Assembly (NCBI GenBank): GCA_022844575.1
Contig: JALHLL010000001.1
Span: forward strand, 5,916 to 51,325
Direction: 5' to 3'
Origin: a bacterium
Lineage (GTDB): Bacteria > Bacteroidota > Ignavibacteria > Kapaibacteriales > UBA961
DNA: 45,410 nt
Part shown: positions 1 to 8,738 of the stretch, in pieces
Layout: each line of letters starts with the position of its first letter
Position numbering within the stretch: the stretch's first letter is position 1
Notes under the pieces: generated by a model
Told to the model about the DNA's origin: nothing
Seen by the model: the letters and a program-made list of their open reading frames with translations, nothing else
Databases searched by the model: none
Program-made: the position numbers and the translations under genes

Positions 1-390
1 AGTCATATCAGGATATAACGCTATTGTAGCAAATATTACTCCGCTTACCGCACCCGATGCTCCTACTGAGCTATAATCAGTATCATTACGCCGAAGAAAT
101 AATGCACACAAATTTCCGCCTAATAATGCTACAAAGTATATGGTCAGAAAAAAGGGAATGCCCATTATCGCTTCCAATGTCGGAGCAAAAAAGAACAGAC
201 TTACCATATTAAAAATCAGGTGCATCCAACTCACGTGCAAAAATCCCGAACTTAAAAGCCGTATATATTCCTTGTTATACAATACCCTATCAACTCTGAA
301 CAAATATTTTTCGAAGAGTAATATATTGCTAAATCCCTTATAGGAAACAACAACATTCGAGATGATGAAGAGAAGAGTAGCTATTCCCAT
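1..390 (-). CDS. rhomboid family intramembrane serine protease (5' part; ORF runs off the left window edge)
   Basis: Not in the supplied ORF track because it is open at the edge. Manual minus-strand translation from the ATG at 390-388 gives MGIATLLFIISNVVVSYKGF...SSGFLHVSWMHLIFNMVSLFFFAP...SSVGASGAVSGVIFATIALYPDMT (130 codons, no stop). It is a hydrophobic multi-pass protein with a rhomboid-like WMHLIFNM motif and a catalytic GxSG (GASGAVSG). Confidence 0.8.
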   Translation of the reverse strand, partial: MGIATLLFIISNVVVSYKGFSNILLFEKYLFRVDRVLYNKEYIRLLSSGFLHVSWMHLIFNMVSLFFFAPTLEAIMGIPFFLTIYFVALLGGNLCALFLRRNDTDYSSVGASGAVSGVIFATIALYPDMT

Positions 391-456
391 ATTTAATTTT
401 ACAGCTATTTTAAAATAAAGAACATCATGGGCAAATACGGACAGTATTTTATTTAA

Positions 457-1503
457 TTACACCGTTGCACCGCCGCAACTACTACCAGTTCCGGCTGTGC
501 AGCCGAAACAATGCGAACCGAATAAGATACTACGGTTCAGCATTTTCTTATAGTCAAAATTAAATACAGTTTTTTTCACGCCGTTTTGTATTTCCATCTC
601 CAACATTTGGTTAAAGTCACAATCATACAATGTACCATCATACCCTACACTTATTATAGTGCGACACATTATACCCAAAGCCGCAACAGGGTTAAATGCA
701 TTCACTAATTTTTCCATATAATCATTATAACCACCATGCCGTATTAAGTTATCCCTAAACCTATGTATAGGCATATTCGTTATCGTATATAAATTATTAA
801 ACCGTATGCCATATTGCTGCCATAGTTCTTTTTTAAAATCGGCTTCCAAACTTTGTTGCGAGGCGGGCAAAAAAGCCCCTGCCGGATTATAGACCAGGTT
901 CAAATGCAATGATGAATCCTCCGTACCATAACCGACCTTATTTAATAGAAGTATGGACTCAATGCTTTTAGAAAATACGCCTTTGCCCCTTTGTTTATCG
1001 GTAAAATATTCCTGATAATATGGTAAGGATGAAATAACTTCAACATTGTGTTCAGCAAAAAACTCGGGTAAATACCGTTTGCTTTCACCCGTTACCGGAT
1101 TTCCATCGAAAGTAACGGTCAGATTGTGACGCACCATAATGTGTTTGTTCAGTTTTTTTGCTTCTATTACAAACCAATCGAAGAACGGGTTTAATTCCGG
1201 TGCACCGCCGGTTATATCCACATTTTTTATTTCTTCATTCTTTGCCAAAATCTGCAAAATTTGCCGAAGTGTAGTTTCGTTCATTTGCTCCGTTCTTTTC
1301 GGAGAAGCATCCACATGACAATGCCTGCATGCCTGATTGCATAACTTAGTGATATTAATTTGCAAAGTATCTATAATACTTGGCTTTAATACAAGGTTAT
1401 ATCTATCCAAATATGCTTCAAAATCATAATGCGGATCGTGTATAGTCGGCATATCCGAAAGTAAAGGTAATTCAATTTCCATCATACTCATAATTATAAA
1501 CAA
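457..1503 (-). CDS. ArsS-type radical SAM / Cys-rich domain protein (arsenosugar-biosynthesis radical SAM family)
   Basis: It has the CxxxCxxC radical SAM cluster motif (CNQACRHCHV). The characteristic C-terminal Cys-rich tail is HCFGCTAGTGSSCGGATV. It sits directly downstream of the peroxidase-like partner that normally accompanies this family. Confidence 0.8.
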   Translation of the reverse strand: MFIIMSMMEIELPLLSDMPTIHDPHYDFEAYLDRYNLVLKPSIIDTLQINITKLCNQACRHCHVDASPKRTEQMNETTLRQILQILAKNEEIKNVDITGGAPELNPFFDWFVIEAKKLNKHIMVRHNLTVTFDGNPVTGESKRYLPEFFAEHNVEVISSLPYYQEYFTDKQRGKGVFSKSIESILLLNKVGYGTEDSSLHLNLVYNPAGAFLPASQQSLEADFKKELWQQYGIRFNNLYTITNMPIHRFRDNLIRHGGYNDYMEKLVNAFNPVAALGIMCRTIISVGYDGTLYDCDFNQMLEMEIQNGVKKTVFNFDYKKMLNRSILFGSHCFGCTAGTGSSCGGATV

Positions 1504-1512
1504 CAGATACCA

Positions 1513-1845
1513 TCAAGCGTCCATTCGTTCCAACACATTTTGCATTTGCACACCGTGTACTAAAGTCATACCTGCCTCCATTGCGGCTGCCACATGTATT
1601 GCCTCCGTCATTTGGTCAGGGTTCGCACCGCTTTCCAAACATGCCTGCGTATAAGCATCAATACAGTAAGGACATTGTTTTGCCACCGAAACTGCAAGGG
1701 CAATAAGAGCTTTTTCTCTTTTAGTTAAAGCACCATCAACACCTGTAACCGAATTGTAATAGTCAAAAAACTTATCCATTAAGTCTTTACGGAACTTCCC
1801 TACTTCGGCAAAACGTTTTAAGTCTGCACTTTCATAATAATTCAT
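1513..1845 (-). CDS. arsenosugar-biosynthesis-associated peroxidase-like protein (AhpD/carboxymuconolactone decarboxylase fold)
   Basis: It has the AhpD-like CxxC motif (CPYCIDAY). It is about 110 aa when started at MNYYESADLKRF (ATG at 1845). The 20-codon upstream extension in the ORF track (to 1905) looks non-native. A 9-nt gap separates it from the radical SAM gene. Confidence 0.75.
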   Translation of the reverse strand: MNYYESADLKRFAEVGKFRKDLMDKFFDYYNSVTGVDGALTKREKALIALAVSVAKQCPYCIDAYTQACLESGANPDQMTEAIHVAAAMEAGMTLVHGVQMQNVLERMDA

Positions 1846-1971
1846 TACTCTATACTCCACATATGGTGATTGTACGCAAAATAGTAAAAAATACTCCCCT
1901 TGCAATTATTGTAGAATGACGGTAGGGATGATTTTGTATGGTAATGCGTGAAGTAACACTATAGCATGGGC

Positions 1972-2008
1972 ATAAAAAAACCCGAGCTTTGGTGTTGCCC
2001 GGGTTTTG
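1972..2008 (-). terminator. rho-independent terminator after the repeat-lipoprotein gene
   Basis: The stem is cccgagc (1981-1987) / gcccggg (1997-2003) with one mismatch. It is flanked by an A-run on the plus strand, which is a U-run on the minus-strand RNA. It lies 33 nt downstream of the stop at 2041. Confidence 0.6.
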
Positions 2009-2040
2009 TGTTTTATTCTGGTGAAATTAGGGTGTTCCTT

Positions 2041-2322
2041 TTAGCGACGTATAATTATTACTGAATCGCCAATAATAACGGTATCGCCTACCCAATTTGA
2101 ATCGCAATCGCCATTCCATGTAGTATCGCCACCGCCGTGCCATGTAGTATCGCCACCGCCGTGCCATGTAGTATCACCACCGCCATGCCATGTAGTATCA
2201 CGACCACCGCCGCCGCCATCACCGGGATCCCAAGGATCGATAGGCAAATCTTGGCAACTAATTAACAAGAGCATAGCGCATGCGGCTGATGCTGTGGTGA
2301 GTCTTAGAAAAAGTGTTTTCAT
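2041..2322 (-). CDS. small secreted lipoprotein with tandem octapeptide repeats (GGGDTTWH x4)
   Basis: It has a signal peptide with a lipobox-like LLISC. Then comes a Gly run and four near-perfect DTTWHGGG units followed by degenerate ones. It has its own terminator. No family was recognised. Confidence 0.6.
   Translation of the reverse strand: MKTLFLRLTTASAACAMLLLISCQDLPIDPWDPGDGGGGGRDTTWHGGGDTTWHGGGDTTWHGGGDTTWNGDCDSNWVGDTVIIGDSVIIIRR
2092..2211. repeat. 24-bp coding tandem repeat (about 4 good copies plus 1 degenerate)
   Basis: The unit ccatgtagtatcgccaccgccgtg is at 2116-2139 and is identical at 2140-2163. At 2164-2187 there are 2 changes. The copies at 2188-2211 and 2092-2115 are degenerate. 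Confidence 0.9.
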
Positions 2323-2661
2323 AAAAAACCCAATATTGATAATGTGTGAATAAAAAATACATTAACCGAACTTACACATAGTAACACCACATTTTAAAAA
2401 ACGTCGCAATCGTTTTGTAAAAAATCATAATGATAGTGTATTCATGTCTCGATGCCTCACGCATCGTTCGCTCTCACCGTATCATTATCCTATACGTAGC
2501 TTTGTCATTACTATAACCGAACTTATCGACATGTAAACTACCCATAACAACCATTTGTGGAAGGGTATGCTACATAATGCTAACATATAATTGGCGGAAA
2601 ACCTGTATTTTGGTTGCAATTATACCCATGACATTTACACAGACACGATTAGGATTGTTTT

Positions 2662-3906
2662 ATGGATACAAACACCATTCTCGAAACCCGATCAGACCAT
2701 CGCGATAAGCCGCCGGCTTTTACATTGGGGATTGAAGAAGAGTATATGATTTTGGACCCCCAAACCTTCGATTTACGCTCACATATCAATATCGAGCTTA
2801 TCTCAAAAGGGCGTATGTTGTTACATGAGCATGTGAAGCCGGAAATGCACGGCTCGATGTTGGAGATTGGTACGGGTGTATGCAAAAATGTAAGGGAAGC
2901 CCGTTTTGAGCTGACCAAACTACGCTCCATAATATGGCATTTGGCAAGAACCAATCACTTAACATTCGGCGCAGCAAGTACGCACCCTTTTGCACGTTGG
3001 CAAGATCAGGAAATATATCCCGATGAACGCTATCGCATACTCGTAGAGGATATGCAAGTATTAGCCCGTTCGCTTCTCATTTTCGGAATGCACATACATA
3101 TCGGCATTGAAGACCGAGAACTGCAAATACAGATTATGCATGAAATGCGATATTTCCTACCGCATGTATTGGCTATTACAACAAACTCGCCTTTCTGGAT
3201 GGGTGAAAACACAGGTTTAAAATCCTATCGCTCCAAAGTTTTCGATCGTTTCCCCCGAACTAATTTACCTTATGAATTTGCTAGTTGGTCAGAATACGAA
3301 AACTATGTCAATTTTCTTATTAAGACAAATTGTATAGACAATGCAAAAAAAATATGGTGGGACATCCGCCCACATCCACACTTTCCAACTCTGGAGGTAC
3401 GAATTTGCGATTTGCCGATGCGCGTAGATGAAACCATAGCTATTGCGGCACTATGCCAAGCGATTGCTGCAAAACTATATTCATTATACAAAAAGAACCT
3501 AAGTTTCCGCCGTTATCCGCGCGCGCTCATTATGGAAAATAAATGGCGTGCGGTACGTTATGGTTTGGATGGTAAGTTAATTGATTTCGGTAAACAACGC
3601 GAATATCCTGCACGTGAACTTGTGCGCGAACTTATAGAATTTGTTGATGATGTTCTCGATGATTTGGGTTCGCGTAAGGAAGTTGAATATATTTATCAAA
3701 TTCTCGAAATGGGTAGCGGCGCCGATAGGCAATTACGTGTATTTAATGAAACTGGTGATATGCGCGAAGTAGTAAAATACATTCACAAAGAAACCACACT
3801 CGGTTTATTTGAAGATGCAACGCCTTATTTGCCGGATATTCACACGCCTTCCCCTGATGCTATTGCGGAAAAGATGACATCATTAACACCGCCGACAATT
3901 ATGTAA
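2662..3906 (+). CDS. carboxylate-amine ligase, YbdK / glutamate-cysteine ligase family 2
   Basis: The N-terminal FTLGIEEEYMILD signature and the overall pattern (HIHIG, WWDIRPHP..PTLEVRICD) are typical of GCS2/YbdK enzymes. There is a C-terminal extension of about 40 aa. Confidence 0.85.
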   Translation: MDTNTILETRSDHRDKPPAFTLGIEEEYMILDPQTFDLRSHINIELISKGRMLLHEHVKPEMHGSMLEIGTGVCKNVREARFELTKLRSIIWHLARTNHLTFGAASTHPFARWQDQEIYPDERYRILVEDMQVLARSLLIFGMHIHIGIEDRELQIQIMHEMRYFLPHVLAITTNSPFWMGENTGLKSYRSKVFDRFPRTNLPYEFASWSEYENYVNFLIKTNCIDNAKKIWWDIRPHPHFPTLEVRICDLPMRVDETIAIAALCQAIAAKLYSLYKKNLSFRRYPRALIMENKWRAVRYGLDGKLIDFGKQREYPARELVRELIEFVDDVLDDLGSRKEVEYIYQILEMGSGADRQLRVFNETGDMREVVKYIHKETTLGLFEDATPYLPDIHTPSPDAIAEKMTSLTPPTIM

Positions 3907-3912
3907 AATACT

Positions 3913-3953
3913 GTACCCGATCGTCAACAATAAAACGGTCGGGTATTTATTGT
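3913..3953 (+). terminator. putative rho-independent terminator
   Basis: The hairpin is tacccgatcg ... cggtcgggta (one G-T pair), followed by tttattgtt. It lies just after the stop at 3906. Confidence 0.45.
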
Positions 3954-3976
3954 TCATATAATGTTCGTTAATTCCT

Positions 3977-5818
3977 ATGCAGCAAACCGTAGCACCCTTC
4001 AATACCATAACAGAATTATTTCTTAATACGATTAATACGTATGAAAAAAATACCGAAAAATTTGCCTATATACGAAAAGTAGACGAAAAATATACAGGTA
4101 TTACGTTTTCCGAATTACGTAAAACCGTAGAGGAATTTGCTATTGCCTTATTGGATTTGGGGTTGAAAAAAGGTGATCGAATAGGAATTGTTTCCGAAAA
4201 TCGTTTGGAGTGGATTATTGCCGATTTGGCTTGTGCATTAACGGGCTTGGTTGATGTCCCTGTATTTCCGACACTCACATCAAAACAGTTGGAGTATATT
4301 TATAATAATTGCGGTGCTTCGGCAATAATTGTAAGTAATACATTTCAATTAGGGAAAATTCTAGCACATCAGCAGGAATTACATCATCTAAGGCATATTA
4401 TTGTTATGAACGATGATGCAAAAGGAAATCATACATTTGTAAAAACAATGAATGAAATGATTACCCATGCACAAACAAAGGTAAGCGAATCAGATCGAAA
4501 AAGAATAATACAAGAAAATGCAGCTACAATATTACCCGATGATTTGATGACGATAATATATACAAGCGGCACAACGGGTCACCCAAAAGGAGTAATGCTT
4601 ACACATGGCAATATTGCCTCCAATGTATCGAGTTGCACCGGCTGCTATAGTATTACTTCCGATGATTTGATGTTATCTTATCTACCTTTATGCCATTCAT
4701 ATGAACGTGTTGCAGGTTATTTATTACCGTTGGCAAAAGGAGCATCCGTTGCTTTTGCGGAATCCATTGATAAAGTAGCTACGAATATCAATGAAGTTCG
4801 ACCTACACTTATGACAAGCGTACCACGATTATTTGAGAGAATTCAGGGTAGAATTATAAATCAAATGGCGAAGGAAAAACCCGCAAAGCAAAAAATATTC
4901 GCATGGGCATTAAGCGTCGGCACAATATGGATTCGTAATAAAATGAAGGGAAAATCATCGCTTTTCAATTCATTACAATATAAACTTGCCGATAAGCTTG
5001 TTTTCTCTAAAATACGCGAACGTATGGGCGGAAAAATACGCACCTTCGTTTCTGGCGGAGCCGCCTTAAAAAACGATACGGCAGAATTTTTTCTGATGCA
5101 AGGATTAACAATTTTGGAAGGATACGGATTAACGGAAGCATCTCCCGTATTGGCTGTCAATCGCCCTGATAGTATCGAAATAGGAACAGTAGGAAAACCT
5201 TTGCCCAATGTAGAAATCAAACTTTCGGAACAGGGTGAAATATTGGCAAGAGGAAAAAATATAATGCGTGGTTATTGGAATGATGAAGAATCCACACGAG
5301 AATCAATTACTGCCGATGGATGGTTAAAAACAGGTGATGTCGGTGTATGGACGGAAAAAGGAAATCTTAAAATTACCGACAGAATTAAACATTTATTTAT
5401 TTCAAGCGGCGGAAAGAATATTGCACCCACACCGATTGAAAATATGATATGCCATAGCCGTCTTATTGAGCAGTGTGTATTAATAGGTGAAGATAAACCA
5501 TATTGCACAGCTTTAATCGCTCCCAATTTTGAAGAACTTCAACTATTTGCGGAAAAAGAAGGATTGGTATATCGTACACATGAAGAGTTAATTCAACTGC
5601 CTGTTGTTATGCGTTTATTCCATCGGGATATTGACCATTTGCAAAAGGATTTGGCAAAATATGAACGAATAAGAAAATTTACTCTTCTCCCACGTTTATT
5701 ATCGGTGGAAGACGGAGAATTAACACCCAAAATGAGTATTAAAAGAAAAGTTGTTGAGGAAAAATTCCGCGTAGAAATTGAAAAAATGTACGAAGGTTCG
5801 GATTCGGTTATTGATTAA
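3977..5818 (+). CDS. long-chain fatty acid-CoA ligase (AMP-dependent synthetase/ligase)
   Basis: It has the AMP-binding signature IIYTSGTTGHPKGVMLTHGN. It also has the downstream GYGLTE and TGDVG...DRIK motifs of the FadD-like ANL superfamily. Confidence 0.9.
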   Translation: MQQTVAPFNTITELFLNTINTYEKNTEKFAYIRKVDEKYTGITFSELRKTVEEFAIALLDLGLKKGDRIGIVSENRLEWIIADLACALTGLVDVPVFPTLTSKQLEYIYNNCGASAIIVSNTFQLGKILAHQQELHHLRHIIVMNDDAKGNHTFVKTMNEMITHAQTKVSESDRKRIIQENAATILPDDLMTIIYTSGTTGHPKGVMLTHGNIASNVSSCTGCYSITSDDLMLSYLPLCHSYERVAGYLLPLAKGASVAFAESIDKVATNINEVRPTLMTSVPRLFERIQGRIINQMAKEKPAKQKIFAWALSVGTIWIRNKMKGKSSLFNSLQYKLADKLVFSKIRERMGGKIRTFVSGGAALKNDTAEFFLMQGLTILEGYGLTEASPVLAVNRPDSIEIGTVGKPLPNVEIKLSEQGEILARGKNIMRGYWNDEESTRESITADGWLKTGDVGVWTEKGNLKITDRIKHLFISSGGKNIAPTPIENMICHSRLIEQCVLIGEDKPYCTALIAPNFEELQLFAEKEGLVYRTHEELIQLPVVMRLFHRDIDHLQKDLAKYERIRKFTLLPRLLSVEDGELTPKMSIKRKVVEEKFRVEIEKMYEGSDSVID

Positions 5819-5848
5819 TATTTTTACGAGAAAAGCTTTACGGTTATT

Positions 5849-6793
5849 ATGAAACGACGGACATTTTTTATAGTTTCGGGCTTAGGAATAACTTCACTTC
5901 TCGGCGGATCACTCAATCGGCTTTTAGCATTGTTTTCCGGCGGGAAAACTGTACAAAATTACCGTGAACCGAAAAAAAATACAATCGAATCACCATCTGA
6001 AGATTCATTCCGTACCTTTATTATAGGTGACTGGGGAGCAGGCGGTTCATTCCAGAAGCGTATTGCCAATGCTATGTCACAACATGCCGACAAAAAAAAA
6101 CCAAATATTATTATAAGCACCGGCGATAATATTTATTCGGACGGTGTGGAATCAGCCGATGATAAACAATGGAAAACCAAGTTTGAGAATATATATAATG
6201 CTCCGTCTTTGGCTGTGCCTTGGTATGCCGTGCTTGGCAATCATGATTATCGGAGCAATCCCGATGCACAAATAGACTATGGAAAGAAAAATAGCCGTTG
6301 GAATATGCCCGCACGGTATTACTCCTTCAAACCGAAGGAAGATATTGAATATTTTATGCTCGATACACAAATGATAATGGCCGGAAAAGCCGAGCAACAA
6401 ATTAAATGGCTTGAGGATTCTCTAAAAAAATCTAAGTCACAATGGAAAATAGCCGTAGGGCATCACCCCATGCGTTCATATGGGCATTATGGCGATTTAC
6501 AACCGCTTATACGGAGCATTAAACCATTGTTTGATACATACGGAGTACAATTTTACCTTTGCGGCCATGACCACGATTTGCAATTTATAAAAAATCCAAA
6601 TGACTCATTTTACTGTATAGTCTCCGGTGCCGGTGGCGGCGCACGTGATACCGCTTATGGCGAGCATAGTTTATTCGCTGCTACCAATGGCGGTTACGTT
6701 ATTATGGAAATGGATTCACACTTTGCTTATATCTCCTTCATCAATGCCATGGGTGAAAATATTTATTTTCAGAAGGTAGAATATAAACAATAA
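5849..6793 (+). CDS. metallophosphoesterase, purple/tartrate-resistant acid phosphatase type 5-like, exported
   Basis: The calcineurin-like motif series is GDWG, GDNIY, GNHDY, GHHP, GHDHD. The N-terminus MKRRTFFIVSGLGITSLLGG resembles a twin-arginine/secretory signal. Confidence 0.85.
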   Translation: MKRRTFFIVSGLGITSLLGGSLNRLLALFSGGKTVQNYREPKKNTIESPSEDSFRTFIIGDWGAGGSFQKRIANAMSQHADKKKPNIIISTGDNIYSDGVESADDKQWKTKFENIYNAPSLAVPWYAVLGNHDYRSNPDAQIDYGKKNSRWNMPARYYSFKPKEDIEYFMLDTQMIMAGKAEQQIKWLEDSLKKSKSQWKIAVGHHPMRSYGHYGDLQPLIRSIKPLFDTYGVQFYLCGHDHDLQFIKNPNDSFYCIVSGAGGGARDTAYGEHSLFAATNGGYVIMEMDSHFAYISFINAMGENIYFQKVEYKQ

Positions 6794-7010
6794 TTAAAGA
6801 TGTTTTCCGGACATCACATATGATCTATCTATATAGACTTTCTGAAGTTTTCTACAATCTCCTAAAATTGATACCAAGTAAAAGAACTTCTAATATTTAA
6901 CAATCTTTGGAATCTAATCGGTCAGTATTTTTTAATTCTATTAAGTAGTAATGGTATTCCGAACAATTGCAATATCAATAAGAATGAAAGAAAAGCATAC
7001 AACATAAGGT

Positions 7011-7304
7011 TTAACCTTCCTGTATTTCCTGATTTGTGTTCTTAAACTTTATAATCTTATTGTATAAGTATCTTCCAAAGAGTAAATATAAAGCTATTAA
7101 ACTGCCATGGAAGAAAGCTACGAGTATACCTGCTAGCAAAAGAATAACCGCTGACTCCCAACCTGATGTAGGATTACCGTTAAAAGTTATGGCCTCAGAG
7201 TGGATATCGAAGATACCAATAATTATGCACGCAATGATTACTAGGAATATAGTTACACAAGCAAAATATCTTAATAAATTTACAAATGAAAAATCACTTT
7301 TCAT
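7011..7304 (-). CDS. small two-TM membrane protein, unknown function (candidate immunity protein of the adjacent RHS remnant)
   Basis: There are two clear hydrophobic helices (ACVTIFLVIIACIIIGIF; AVILLLAGILVAFFHGSLIALYLLF). It lies 48 nt downstream of the decayed RHS tail on the same strand. The overlapping plus-strand ORF 7036-7347 looks like antisense noise. Confidence 0.5.
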   Translation of the reverse strand: MKSDFSFVNLLRYFACVTIFLVIIACIIIGIFDIHSEAITFNGNPTSGWESAVILLLAGILVAFFHGSLIALYLLFGRYLYNKIIKFKNTNQEIQEG

Positions 7305-7351
7305 ATTTCTCCCACTTAACTTATTAAAAACACGTATTACTCAATAGTTAT

Positions 7352-7980
7352 CTACTTTTTCTTGTTCTTGCGCATCAGGTCTTTCCAAATTATTCTTGTC
7401 GAATGCGTTCGATAATCTACTAACAACTCCCTTTGTGACCTCAGCGAAAAACATTCGTTCATTTCTTTTAGAAACTGCTCCTGCATAACTGCTACCTGCT
7501 CAGGCGTACTATACCATTATCAATCTCTTTACCATTAACATTTCTAAAAATGATTGGATTATTGGCGAAATACTGATGTGTATTCATCCCAATATATTTT
7601 CCTCACAATGGATCAACAGCCATAAACCCGTTGATAATATAATCATATTTCCGTACCTCATGGTCAGCCAAATCGCTTTTGGTATCCTTTTCCTTACCTA
7701 TAAATCCCTGTCGGGGTAAAAACTGATTATTATTCGATGATGTATAAGGATAAGGTATAGTAATTTTCTTACCGAATGGTTCATAATCGTTTTTGGCAAC
7801 TATACCGGCAGATTGATTAACGATTGTATGAGTATTATCAAAATGATCAAGTCTTTTATACTCCCTATTACCTTTCGGTAAAAAGTTTCACTAATGAATT
7901 ACTATCTCCGACATACATTAGGTATTCGCTTTGCTCTGCTTTTTAAGTCCATTTATTAACACGTAGCAAAACTCTACTCA
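7352..7980 (-). pseudogene. decayed orphan RHS/YD-repeat core end plus short C-terminal tail
   Basis: Manual minus-strand translation of 7863-7606 gives EYKRLDHFDNTHTIVNQSAGIVAKNDYEPFGKKITIPYPYTSSNNNQFLPRQGFIGKEKDTKSDLADHEVRKYDYIINGFMAVDPL. An in-frame TGA follows at 7605-7603, then GKYIGMNTHQYFANNPIIFRNVNGKEI. This matches the RHS repeat-associated core end (PFG..., F.GKE.D, R.YD...G.F..VDPL, Y.Y..NNPI.F.D.NG.E). Further stops and frame changes occur upstream (about 7890) and at 7494-7492. No ORF of 60 aa or more exists here. Confidence 0.7.
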
Positions 7981-8051
7981 CCTCCTTAAAAAAAACGCCA
8001 TAAACTTTAGTAAAGTCTATGACGGAAAAATAAAAAATGCGGCTATAGATA

Positions 8052-8552
8052 CTAATCTCCGATTTCATTTTCCTTTATAAATTCCTTAATTGAACTCTTG
8101 GCATAATTACCCTTATCAGGTAAGTACTTAATAAGTTCTTTTAATAAACCAAAGTCAATCAGATAATAGCTATTATTATATTCCATAATGCCCTCTCTTC
8201 CCAAACCAATCGTATCGGCACTTCCATTCTCTTTTGTAATAAGACAAATCATTCTTACTCTGTTGAACGTGTGCGTTATTTCGATTCTTTTTTCACCTTG
8301 TAAGCGATTAATTACATTATAAAGATATAAAAACAGACTATCCTCACCTCTAAGTAAAATATAATTTAAACCACTTCCACACGGATTACGAATTTGCTGC
8401 TTTGTAGTCCAGCCACCCGCAGTACCAAAACGAGAGTCCCATGCCCTGCTACTATATAGAAGACTTACTTCTTTTATATTCATTTCTTGGCAATTCAGAG
8501 ATTTCAATGAAAAAAAAGAAAATAGACATATTAAAAAAATAAATATTTTCAT
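8052..8552 (-). CDS. secreted hypothetical protein (paralogue of 8739-9281)
   Basis: It has an N-terminal signal peptide. The C-terminal half aligns by eye with the neighbour: VRMICLITKENGSADTIGLG...NNSYYLIDFGLLKELIKYLPDK versus VRTICVFKWKYGVADTLYLG...NNKYYYLDFWLLHRICNRLPES. Confidence 0.6.
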   Translation of the reverse strand: MKIFIFLICLFSFFSLKSLNCQEMNIKEVSLLYSSRAWDSRFGTAGGWTTKQQIRNPCGSGLNYILLRGEDSLFLYLYNVINRLQGEKRIEITHTFNRVRMICLITKENGSADTIGLGREGIMEYNNSYYLIDFGLLKELIKYLPDKGNYAKSSIKEFIKENEIGD

Positions 8553-8738
8553 ATATAAACCTTCCTATAAACTTTACTCTAACACAATGAAGCTGCGGCT
8601 CGATTCCAAATACTAATTTACTTTTTACCAATACCTTTTATCCAAACCCCTCCGTCTGAATTAGTAATTACCTCATACATTACGACAGCACCTAAAGATA
8701 CAAAGGTCTGTATAATATTCTATTTTCATACTTTCCCA

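Noticed and set aside
140-343. Plus-strand 67-aa ORF at the left edge.
   Set aside because: It lies entirely antisense to a much better minus-strand reading frame with rhomboid protease motifs that is open to the window edge.
2092-2211. Regular short repeats that might be mistaken for a mini CRISPR array.
   Set aside because: The units are contiguous 24-mers without spacers, in frame inside an ORF, and encode an octapeptide repeat. No cas genes are in the window.
457-2322. RiPP hypothesis: a radical SAM enzyme next to a small repeat-containing peptide (DTTWHGGG x4) as precursor.
   Set aside because: The radical SAM protein has the ArsS-type Cys-rich tail rather than a SPASM/RRE maturase architecture. 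The small protein has a classical lipoprotein signal peptide. It is also separated from the enzyme operon by its own terminator and 135 nt.
7036-7347. Plus-strand 103-aa ORF overlapping 7011-7304.
   Set aside because: It is a Lys/Ile-rich low-complexity translation with no hydrophobic core or signal. The minus-strand frame gives a clean two-TM protein and fits the gene order of the RHS relic.
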